A DNA stretch of 64,000 bases from contig OX597815.1 of NCBI GenBank assembly GCA_951406725.2, forward strand, positions 113,026,001 through 113,090,000, read 5' to 3'. Of this stretch, positions 52,938-64,000 are shown piece by piece. Position numbers and translations under genes: made by a program. The stretch's first letter is position 1. Each line of letters starts with the position of its first letter. The stretch comes from Octopus vulgaris. Taxonomy: Eukaryota. The notes beneath the pieces are model-generated. The model made no database searches, was not told the DNA's origin, and saw only the letters and a list, made by a program, of their open reading frames with translations.

Positions 52938-55900
52938 CTGCTACTTAACTCTTTTTCACATTATGCCAACTTTATTTCTCCTATCTCTTTTGTTGTTACT
53001 GAGAGCTGGTAAGTGTTTTCCATTGTCTTTTGTATTGACGTTTCACATAATAAGACTATATCATTAAATACCCAATTAAAGAATGCTATACGGTTATATA
53101 TTCTCCTTATGTTAGTAACAATTAAATAGTGTAAGAAGTGCGGTATGGGTGATTGAATGCATTGATAAAAAATGTTCAATGCGCTGAAGATTAGGAAATA
53201 TTGGAATATTAGCATTGAATTGATGGCTTGGGGATTTTTTTCATTAGGAATCTCATATAGATAACAGTGGTGCATGTTATAACAATTTTTCTATAGATAT
53301 TTAGAATGTAATGTATTTCGATACCTCCGTTTTATATGTGCACAGATAGCCGATAGTAAATGTAGTTGTTCGCATGACTTATGTAATATGCTTTCATGAA
53401 GCTTTATAGCATTTAAGTTTGTATTGAGTATTCTATATTACACTGAACAATTGTATAGACATACGTTTTAACTAAGAGGCACATTCTTGAATCACACGCT
53501 ACCGTCTCCCACAGAAAACTATGCTTAACCATGTTATCAATACAAATATCTCAATCACCACTCTCTTGCAATATTTAAAAATAACACATGGGAAGTGCAT
53601 TAAAACTTTTCCATTAATGCCATTTTATCAATTATGTTTGCTTTTAAAATATATGTTTTGGACACTTTCAAATGTCTTCCAGTATTATTTCCACACTGAA
53701 TGGATTCAGATTTTCTCTCTGGTAATCTTTGTTATATATATCATTCCATTGTAGCAATTCAAAATTAGACATTTCTACAGAAACGACACGCAACTAACGC
53801 TAGAAGTTTGTGAAAATACAAACGAGTACTGCTCAATATCTTCAAACTAAAATCTCAAAAAACAAAACAATTACTTCGTAAAGCAATTTATTTATACGTC
53901 TAAAGAAGACTATTAACAATCCGAAAATAGAATGATGTATTCTATCACCGTTCTGTTTACTGTTAATTTAACCTTCTTTGAGTTTTGGTACAAAATAGAA
54001 ATACTTCGATGGGACTAAGGTCAATTTCGATATAATTATATTTTTTATAAAAGTATTTTTATTGAAGTCTGAGCAGGACAAAATAAATCAATTTATTTTT
54101 CAGTGTCGATAATTAAACTATCTTTCTGTAATTATAGAACCGAACGTGTTAGTCGCTGGTATTGCAACACATAGTTTCTTCATTTCGTATCTTATCACCA
54201 GTGCAATTACTGATTCATTTTAATTCAAAGCCTATTGTGAGCCACCAAAGAGGTTCCTTCGATTCAACCAAAGAAAAGCTACTCAAAATCACTCACCAAT
54301 ATACTCCAGTGTCTGTCCCACAGACCTTCTGCCTTTTTCTCTCTGTTTTTATAATGTCACTAGACTTGCCTACGTTCCTCGACGCTGACATTCCAAGCAT
54401 CTCAACTCAGGCATTCCCTACTCACCCGTATCTCATCCTTGTCATCCATATTGTACCCCCTATTACCTACACCCATTTTGTCCTGCATTAATCATTACGA
54501 TTAGTCCATCCTCCCTAGAATGTCGTCACCCCTCAGAAGTTCCCGCCATGCCCAACAGTCGACTATCGACTATTCAACAAGAACATTAAACCCCGACCGT
54601 CACTCCAGTTTAGATGGACATGTGAAGATCAACATCTACAGATCAACATCTTTCTCATGACCAAGACAGTAATAAAACTTCAGCCTAGATGTTTCATGCA
54701 CCAAATCGTAAGGAAATACATCCCGAAACAAAAAGACTTATGGTTAATCATAAAATCATTAATCACGGGAAAGAATTTATCATTCATGTTTGACATCGTC
54801 TAACACTATAGCTTGGATGCTGAACTCATTGGTGCTCTTAAGTGGTTGATTGGTAGCTTTACCATATTCTGACCATAAAATGAATATCAACATCAACAAC
54901 AATAAGTAACCTTTGCGGAAGCTTGTGAATTGCCACTTGATCTACTAGATTGCCCACCCACTCCCTTCAAATTATGCTCTCCTGTCTTGGGAAAGAAAAT
55001 AATACATGGATAATGTAGATAAGTTCTTAGGCTGGTCATAACTGTAATGCCTTTGATCGCACATCTCTGTTCGACCAGAGCTCACTTGACATGAAGCAAC
55101 AGCAAAACCAACAAAGCAAATAACGTTACCAGCTTCGTGCGACCTAGAATTTTTTTTTAACTATCTCCAAAATCGAAATTGATCCCATATTTAAGTTGTT
55201 TATTGTTCTATTCAAATTCCTTTTTTCAGTCGTATCCAACGATTACTTTGTTCGGAGCGATAACAGCTAATGTATTTTACAACAACAGCACAGAAATAAT
55301 ATCCAACATTTTTCTAGAAACTCTGATGTGCTACTTGAATCTATCTTGGGTTAATAAAATTAGACTTTTTGTCTGACTTTGAACAGATAAGGTTTCCGAA
55401 GAATCCTCACTACAAAGGCAAATCATTTCTCTCTCTTTCTGTCTCATTCTCTCTTTCTCTCTCTCTATCTATCTTTCTTCCTTTCTCACTCTTTCTTTCT
55501 TCCTCTCTGTCTCTCTTTTTTCCTTTCTATTTTTCGCTTTCTCTCTCTCTCTCCATCTCTCTCTCTCTTTCTCTTTCGTTCCTTACACATACTCACACAC
55601 AAGTTGTCAACAAAGGACAACTTAACCACGTTTAAAAATAGCTTAAACTATTAATTTTATCTGCAATATTTTTTCTTACCATACTGGTAATAGTGGTTAA
55701 CACTTCTCACTCGCAATAACATTTTTAATATTCCGTTGTACAGCCTTCAGACATGTAGCGTTGTAGTTAAATAAGAAAAAAAAATACAGCCGTCGTTGTC
55801 GATTTTCTCCTTTTCGTTTTTAGATTATTAATACATCAAGGATATTTGTAGTTCTAAATATTTTATATCTGATACGATGATGGCTGGAATACCTTTGATC

Positions 55901-56094
55901 CTAAGTCTGCCAGATCAAGACTAACTTTGGCCAAAACAACAGCAACTCACGTTATCAAGCTTATACCAGCGACCCTAACATATTAACCACCTTGATAAGC
56001 TATCAATTTTAATGTTTAATGTAATATCCACCACAAGATTTTCTGCGGTTACCGAAATTGATCAACTGATTTCCTTTTACCGATAGAAGCCATT

Positions 56095-56310
56095 GGTTTC
56101 AATATTTGGTACAAGGCCAGCAATTTCGGGCAAAGAGTTAAGTCGATTACATCGACCTCAGAGCTAAACTGGTGCTTATTTTATCAACCCCGAAAGGATG
56201 AAATGTAAAATCGATCTCGGCGAAATTTGAATACAGACCGTAAAGACAGACAAAATGCTGCTAAGCATTTTTGCCTGGCGTGCTAACAATTCTGCCAGCT
56301 CACCGTCTTA
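56095..56310 (-). mobile_element. SINE family B, short-tailed copy
   Basis: Reverse complement of the family B consensus. Confidence 0.8.
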
Positions 56311-56559
56311 AACTTACAGAAAATATTATCAGTTGAAAAGGTTTAAGAAATTCACCACAATGCAAATTGAAAATAAACGTGTAAAAACGAAAGTAAAAAG
56401 CACAGCAAAAACAATGATGTACCCTCATGAAGAGAAAATGGAAACTAAGCTTATCCCTGAGCTGCCCAAATACGCGAGAATTTGGTAGAGTGCAGCTTAG
56501 CGGAATGGTATCGTTAAATTAGTTTATTAGCGTCGGACAGCTCGTGATTTGTATTAATA

Positions 56560-56990
56560 ATGGTTTCAAAAATTTGGCACAAGGTCAGTGATTTGGGGGA
56601 AGAGGGAAGTCGGTTACATCGACGCCAGTGTTCAACTGGTACTTATATTATCAACCCCGAAAGAATGAAAGGCAAAGTAGACCTCGGCGGAATTTGAAGG
56701 CAGACCGTAAAGACGGATGAAATGTCGCTAAGCATTTTCCCGGTATGCTAACAATTCTTATTTCTTTACTGCCCAGAAGGGGCTAAACACAGAGGGGACA
56801 AACAAGGACAGACAAACAGATTAAGTCGATTATATCGACCCCAGTGCGTAGCTGGTACTTATTTAATCGAACCCGAAAGGATGAAAGGCAAAGTCGACCT
56901 CGGCGGAATTTGAACTCAGAACGTAGTGGCAGACGAAATACTGCTAAGCATTTTGCCCGGCGGGCTAACAATTCTGCCAGCTCACCACCT
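56560..56990 (-). mobile_element. Long-tailed SINE B (56759-56990) nested in the head of an older SINE B (56560-56758)
   Basis: GCTAACAATTCT occurs at ~56747-56758 and ~56964-56975; the older copy lacks its first ~18 nt, which appear beyond the young copy. Confidence 0.8.
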
Positions 56991-57342
56991 TATTTGGTGC
57001 TAATAATGGGGTAAAAAATTTTTAATGAGAATAAGCTCTTCAATTTTATGAAACTCAGTATCCTAGACTTTGAGGGCGATCGTAATATTCTGGTTATGAC
57101 ATTTCTCCAGTTTTGTTCAAACTGACGAAGCATTTGCATAAATCTGTTCTTTTACGCAGATGTGCCGTTTGTGAGTTGTGTTGTCGATGTAAAACTCGCC
57201 ACACTTATTAGACGGCGTGTAAACGCAACTTAAATTCTTTAAATTCATACCTACTTTGTTTATAGAGCAACTCACCAGTGTTCATTTATTGTTAGAGTAG
57301 CGGTCAGAACTGATTCTCAAATAGGTATTTTCTCATGAAATA

Positions 57343-57600
57343 TGAAGGCGCATGGCCAAGTGAGTAAGGTTTTGCACTCATGATCGCAAGATCACGGTTT
57401 CGATTTCCGGACCGGGTGATGCGTTGTGTTCTTGAGCAAAACACTTCATTTCACATTGCTTTAATTCACTCATTTGTAAATGGGTGATCCTGCGATGTAC
57501 TGACGTCCCGTATACAAGGCGTGTTGTGCTCTTGATTACTTATATGCCATTGAAACTGAGTAACAAACTGTATGAGTCCTAGGGGTTGAGACAGTACTTT
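57343..57600 (+). mobile_element. SINE family C-related copy (a more decayed copy lies at ~2028-2245)
   Basis: GAAGGCGCATGGCC...GGTTTCGATTTCC...TGTGTTCTTGAGCAAAACACTTCATTTCAC matches the head and body of the 22733-23053 element. Confidence 0.7.
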
Positions 57601-57724
57601 ACATGAAAGGTATAAGGTACGCGCAGCTATATATCTAGTTTCTCCTTACGGATCGCCAAGCAGATTGCAGCAGTGATTGTATCATCAAACAAACGCTGCC
57701 GCCACTGCTTCTGTTGATGCTGTC

Positions 57725-57779
57725 GGTGTTAATCTTCTCTTGGGTGTTAATCTTCTCTTGGGTGTTAATCTTCTTTTGG
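57725..57779. repeat. 18-bp tandem repeat x3 (GTGTTAATCTTCTCTTGG)
   Basis: Directly visible. Confidence 0.9.
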
Positions 57780-58275
57780 ATGATATTATCTAGCCGATAA
57801 CTGGTAAAGGATGCTAGATGTATTTTATTCATTAGCACTCTTTGGAACTGTTTGGTGTAAGTGATTCCATTGCTTGCATCACTGCATCTCGTGTTTATAG
57901 CGGACATTCTATTCCGTTTATACGCAGCTTAAAGCTCTGATTTATATGGCTGAACTGAATGGACAAACGGGTTCCTGTAGGCAGCTTTAATGTGATTGTT
58001 GGCGTTACTGAATTTCTCCTTTGTAATTCTGAAACAGTAATCAAGCAAAAAGATAGTAAAATCCGGATTAGTCGACGTCAAAATAATTATTCCTTTATTC
58101 TTTTATGCGTTTCAATCATTGACTACAGCCAAGCTGGGGTACCGCCTTAAATGGTTTAGCCAATCATATCAAGCTCAGGGTATTTTACCTTTTAACCATA
58201 CCGCTGATTAACGGAAACATAAACAAAATCAGATTCAGATAGAAACACAGTAAAATATATATAAACGCGCGCACG

Positions 58276-58306
<31 letters not shown>

Positions 58307-58957
58307 ACATTACGCTTCTGTATATAAGTATTCATGCATATACACATACGCTCGCGCGTTGCAGAGTTGTTACCTATTGAATTCATTCACAAGGCAGAGG
58401 AAATATTTTGGTGCTTAAATAAAATTCTTCACTCGTACCAAATCTTTATTTTGAAACCTGGAAACCTGTTACGTGCTAGAGAAATCGATGCTTTAGTAAT
58501 ATCAAAAAAGAAAGAGTAAAAGATCAAAAGGTCGTATAGTATATCTGAGGCAAATGTGTGCTACAAAGAGAAACTAAAACAATGGTTTCTTGTGTTTATA
58601 TTCAAAGTCATTTTTGTTCTTGTTGCTACTATTTAAACCTTTTGTCAGCGATGAACTAGAAAAAAGATCAAAGGCATTCCAACAGTGAATATTCTTTTTT
58701 TGGGAGTATTTGATTATGATGATGATGATGATGATCATCATCATCATCATCATCATCATAATCATCATCATCATCATCATCATAGTGTATCACGTATGAT
58801 GTACATTTAGCATTATCAACTACAATTTCTCAACTGCAAATTTCTCCTACTGCAATTTTTGTTGTGACTATATTTTTCTATTTCTCTGTTGCATTTTTTT
58901 AAATATTTGTTTTGTCTTTGAACTCTCTCATTGTTCTTATTCTTCTTATTCTTTCAG

Positions 58958-59164
58958 ATATCTGGCCATTATGCGATGGGTGAGAATGTCAGCGAAAGTG
59001 GTCATTGGACTCATCGTAGTCATATGGTTGGCCTCTTGTCTCATATCGCTACCGCTGGCTATTTATTCCAAGACCGAGACTTTTAGCTACGCTGACGGCT
59101 CAACGCGAACCCTCTGCCTCCAAGAGTGGCCAGGCAACCAGAGAAGTTCAAGTGTTGAGCTGGG
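58958..59164 (+). CDS. TKRPR: Tachykinin receptor coding exon 2 (end of TM3, ICL2, TM4, ECL2)
   Basis: Acceptor ttcttattctttcag ends at 58957. AG(exon 1)+A gives Arg, then YLAIMRWVRMSAKVVIGLIVVIWLASCLISLPLAIYSKTETFSYADGSTRTLCLQEWPG, with TM4 W..S..I.LP and the ECL2 Cys (C..EWP). Donor GG|GTGAGT at 59165 (phase 2). Reading frame joins exactly with exon 1. Confidence 0.93.
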
Positions 59165-59456
59165 GTGAGTAAACACTATAAAAAACTAGCTTCTATACAC
59201 ACACACACAAATATATATATATATATATATATGCATTTGTAATTACCGATGATGTTGTTCATAGGGTAAATGTGTTTGAAAGTTGTGGTTTCTTTGACAT
59301 ATTTGTTCCCAGGCAACACTTATTTGACATCGCCGGTTTGAATGGTACTGCCCAAGTGTCGAAACCATAATGATATCCGTGGGCTACATGATGATGGGGG
59401 TATGTTAGATTGTTAGTTTTTGTATATGTGGAATAGTATTATAACACATCCATTTG

Positions 59457-59511
<55 letters not shown>

Positions 59512-59520
59512 TAATCACCG

Positions 59521-59677
59521 TGCATTGAGTAAGGTAAATAGTCTAATACTGGAACATATTAGGTAAGTAGTCTAATATTGGGGCATACCAACTCTATCTC
59601 CCTCCGCTACTGTTCCTACTTTTTTCCGTCGATGGCTTATATGCCGCATTATTAGACTATTTACTTTAGTCAATGTA
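59521..59677. repeat. Small inverted-repeat element (MITE-like)
   Basis: TGCATTGAGTAAGGTAAATAGTCTAATA pairs with TATTAGACTATTTACTTTAGTCAATGTA. Confidence 0.6.
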
Positions 59678-59755
59678 TGATCATCGTTTGTAAGCTTTAA
59701 GCTTATAAAATATTACTTTACGCACACGCACACATAGGTGTGTATGTGTGTGTGT

Positions 59756-59858
59756 ATACTACTGAGCCTTGGGAGGGGCATTATGCCGGTAATTAGAAAC
59801 ACAAGCGTGTGTTTATTACTACCGCCATAATGTCCATCTCACCAAGGTTCAATAGTAT
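59756..59858. repeat. ~100-bp imperfect palindrome
   Basis: ATACTACTGAGCCTTGG..CATTATG.CGGTAAT..AAACAC / GTGTTT..ATTAC..CCG.CATAATG..CCAAGGTTCAATAGTAT. Confidence 0.75.
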
Positions 59859-59926
59859 CTCTTTCAGCACAAGAATTCACACCAAGAATCTTCAAAACCA
59901 AATACAAATACAAACTATTCATATAT

Positions 59927-59998
59927 AAGTGGCTTTACTCAGCATGCTTTAGCTTCGTTACTTTGGCAACAGTCCGGATACTTATTGATCAGGCCACG
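59927..59998. mobile_element. Solo terminal fragment of the mariner family seen at 10589-11451
   Basis: AAGTGGCTTTACT...GCTTTAGC.TCGTTACT.TGGCAACAGTCCGGATACTTATTGATCAG.CCACG|TA matches 11381-11451. Confidence 0.85.
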
Positions 59999-60543
59999 TA
60001 TAGTTGTAAGCTAATGAAGTACATAAAGTAATCGTTTATTTCTTTGTCATCTCATTTTTCTTATTACCGCTCTATTGTCATCTAACAATTTGTTCTGAAA
60101 ATATGCCTGTATTGAGTTGTCTGTCCTTTGCAGAGCTGGACCTTTTTTTAACCTATATTTGCCCTGTATTAGCGTGAAATCTTAAATGATATTTCAGTGC
60201 TGAAAAGCGTTCGGATAGCTGGTCACATCTACTGCAGCAAATGCCTCATTTCAGCATTGGGTCCATTTTCCGCTTGTTTATTATACATGTTCAAGTGCCG
60301 CTTTAATCCTCCACGAAACGTGCAGGCTCTTTTTTGTGACAGACCTTGCATTGTAACACTTTGAGCTGGCAACATCTAAACAAAGTTCGCTCCCTTTCAC
60401 CCATATCTGAATTCATCAAGGAAGCGCCTGCTGTACCTAAGTTCAAACCATGATCTACATTACCCATCCCAACATGTACACACACAAATATCAAAACAAA
60501 TCAAGCCTTATCACACATCCCTTTCTCAACTATTATTACTATT

Positions 60544-60613
<70 letters not shown>

Positions 60614-61006
60614 AGGCACTCTCTTCTCGTCTATCAATAATAGAACAACTACACAATCTAGATACTTTATAAAATCATACCAATTCTATCTCCCTCTCCT
60701 ATATTGTTCCTATGTATTTCTACACACACGATTAGTCCAAATACACGCAGGGCCACCAACATGCCTCACGGAACACTTTGATTGTTGCAAATTGATAAAC
60801 ATCTTTCAGATAAACATTCGCTACCTCCTACTATGATGCTATATCGCCTGAGGAAATGAATGTATGAATAACATCTTGCCATAATATCCATGGCTATTAC
60901 AAATTGTATAGGAATTATCCTATGGATGTGGATTATGGTCACAAATAGCATGTGATTTGTGGAAACACGCGTAGCGATGCAGTAAAACATTTATTCCATT
61001 CTTGAT

Positions 61007-61080
<74 letters not shown>

Positions 61081-61429
61081 TATATATGTGTGTATACATG
61101 TGTGTGTATACATGTTTGTGTATACATATGAGTGTGTATACAGATGTATAGAAAGAAAGAATGGAGATGCAAATAACGGGAGTCGGTATAGATTATGACA
61201 TTTGTGTATTAAACATTATTGCTGAGTTGTTACAATACAGTAAAAAAAAGAAAGTAAGTGTGCACATCGTCTTTTACAATTACTTCAAAAATAGATGCAA
61301 ACATAGTGTATTTCTCAGTAAACGTAGATAAGCTATCCATACGGTATCGGCCCGTTCGGTTTTCGGAGAGAAAATGAGGTAGATCATTTACAGAAGGGTT
61401 TTATCTAATACCAACAAGTGTGGGGTACA

Positions 61430-61590
61430 TATGCGATGGGATTCTTTCAGTTTCTATCTACCAATTCCACTCACAAGGCTCTGGTCGGCCCAAAGCTATA
61501 CTAGAATAAACACGCTTAATGTGCCACACAGCGGGACTGAACCAAGAAACATGCGATTGAGAAGTAAACTTCTTACTACACAGCCACGAC
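61430..61590 (-). mobile_element. SINE family A, 5' half, diverged
   Basis: Reverse complement of the family A head and left body. Confidence 0.75.
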
Positions 61591-61740
61591 ATACATATAC
61601 ATACATAAATACATACACACACATACACACACACACACACACACACATATATATGTAAGTCGTCAGCCATTTTGAATTTTATATATATATATATATATAT
61701 ATAATATGATATGTACATATATAATACAATAGTGACAATG

Positions 61741-61783
<43 letters not shown>

Positions 61784-62192
61784 AGGGTAAGTTCAAACCG
61801 TTTTCGTTACAGAATGGGAGTTAGACTGATAAACAAGCGCTTAAACACACTGCATCTTTCATCTTATTTTAATATATATTAAACTATAGTGAAAAGAGGC
61901 TGTGTGTTGTATACATATATATATATATATATTATATACATGCATGTATATGTATATAATACATACATACACACAAGCACACACCCATACATATAATATA
62001 TATATATACATATATACATATTTATATCACATCAACATATATGCATATATATATATGTGTATGTGTGTGTGTGTGCGTGTGTGTGTGCGTGTGAGCGTAT
62101 TAAATTATAGGGAAAAGAGGCACTGTATCATATATGTAATACATATATGCACACACACATACGTATAACATGTATCACTCAAACATATAAGC

Positions 62193-62392
<200 letters not shown>

Positions 62393-62799
62393 ATATATAT
62401 ATTTCCTGACCTCTATAGTCTTTTAGTTATATTCTCAGAAATTTTTCATCACACTTTTTCTCTCTGATCTTCTCAACAGGTTTAAATGCCTCAACAGAGC
62501 TTCGTTATTTCTTTTTGTGTGTATGTGTGTGTTTTTCTTGCATGTTAACTTGTCAACTCTCATATCATGTAAACCATGTCATATTCTTGCTGTGTTGACT
62601 TATTTATTTTTTATTTACTTGCTCTGCTGACAGTTTTGTTTTATTTGTTTGCTTTTGCTGTTGCCAAAATGAATACGTGGGGCGGAGTTGACTTCAGTTG
62701 GATTCAAACTTATTCCGTTCTTATTCACATACTCATCATATACATGCGGATACACGCACACACAAGTAGATAGAGACATAGCTAGCTAGATAGATAGAT

Positions 62800-62899
<100 letters not shown>

Positions 62900-62928
62900 G
62901 GATGGATGGATGGATGGATGGATAGATG

Positions 62929-63015
<87 letters not shown>

Positions 63016-63099
63016 TGAGTGATTGACTGATTGATTGACAGATCGATTGATGGATAGATATAAGCACAATTATATCTATATCTATATATATATATATAT

Positions 63100-63250
63100 A
63101 CTCGTTTACTTGTTTCAGTCATTTGACTGGTCATGCTGCCGCACCGCCTTTAGTCGAGCACATCGACCCCAAGACTTATTCTTTGTAAGCCTAGTACTTC
63201 TCCTATAGCCGCTGTCAAAAGACTGAATCAAGTAAAAGAATAAAAGAATA
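63100..63250 (-). mobile_element. SINE family A, 3' fragment(s)
   Basis: TTTACTTGTTTCAGTCATTTGACTG...GCACCGCCTTTAGTCGAGCA.ATCGACCCC.AGACTTATTCTTTGTAAGCCTAGTACT. Confidence 0.75.
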
Positions 63251-64000
63251 CATATATGTATATATATGAAATTTGATAAATCATCATGTCAAGTTTCTCG
63301 TTGCTGTTCTTCGGGTGACTAGTGAAATTGGAAGAACGGTATTAGAAATATGCAGGAAATATGCTTGTAAAAGATAGTATAGTATAAATGGAATTGCCGC
63401 GAGGGAATGGAAAATATCTGCTTCTGGATGACGTCAGGCAGCAAATAGAAAAAATCGATAACAGAGAAAACATTCCTTAGCAACTTAATGGGAGAGTTGT
63501 GATGGTATTTGAGTAACCAGAAGACAAAATAGTGGTGATGTGTGTCAGACCGGGGGAGTAAAATGGATAACTACGGGTTCAAGATGACCCTGAATGTTGT
63601 GCTGAAAATCAAGCAGGTTAGTCTTCCCAGGTGTTATGTAGCTAACATTGACTTATTTCATCTATGCACAAAGCATTATATTCTTGACATTTGATGCACT
63701 ATTATATGGATTGAGGTATATGCGAATTAGTCTGCAACTAAGGAAGTGATTTGAGGATCCTGTAAATTTGGTATATTGTAAATGAAAAGACAATGGGAAC
63801 AGGAGAAAGTGGACTTCCAGGTAGGGTACTTCGAAAAGTGAAGGAACTTTTGATGAAGAGCTTGCGTAGGTTATGGTCATGTATGTAACTGAGGAGTGGA
63901 ACTAAAAAAAATGGGAATCAGAGATAATGGGAGTGAAATTCAAGGCGACCTGGAAAAGAGTTATGGAGGAAATGGAGTTGATGTGAAAAAGGGGCGCCGA

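Noticed and set aside
57635-57907. 90-aa ORF with KINTQE repeats
   Set aside because: The repeat is a local 18-bp tandem triplication; no domain or exon signals.

Overview
AT-rich, microsatellite-dense animal genomic DNA. The SINE families and repeat landscape point to an octopus (inference). The only host gene I can support is a + strand tachykinin(-related peptide) receptor, a class A GPCR. Coding exon 1 (9420-9904, N-terminus to TM3) and coding exon 2 (58958-59164, DRY motif to ECL2) are joined across a 49,053-bp phase-2 intron; the later exons lie beyond the window. Everything else is intronic or flanking repeat: three tRNA-headed SINE families, Tc1/mariner elements and MITEs, two non-autonomous Helitrons, RTE and L1/Tx1-type LINE remnants, and many (TA)n/(TG)n/(GATA)n/(TACA)n tracts. 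Nearly all long ORFs in the track are microsatellite artefacts. Two patterns merit follow-up. (1) Several unrelated short elements, often folded into long palindromes and sitting in TA/TG microsatellites, carry minimal type-I hammerhead ribozyme motifs of the Penelope-like retroelement kind. One looks intact (46962-46996) and one has a U3-A8 covariant core (14897-14933 / 15078-15114). (2) An apparently ORF1-only retroelement sits in the tRNA-like head of a SINE with a 16-bp target-site duplication, and a SINE subfamily with an L1/Tx1-like tail repeatedly nests in its own family. Together these hint at a SINE-targeting retrotransposition system. All structures were read by eye; no searches or folding programs were run.
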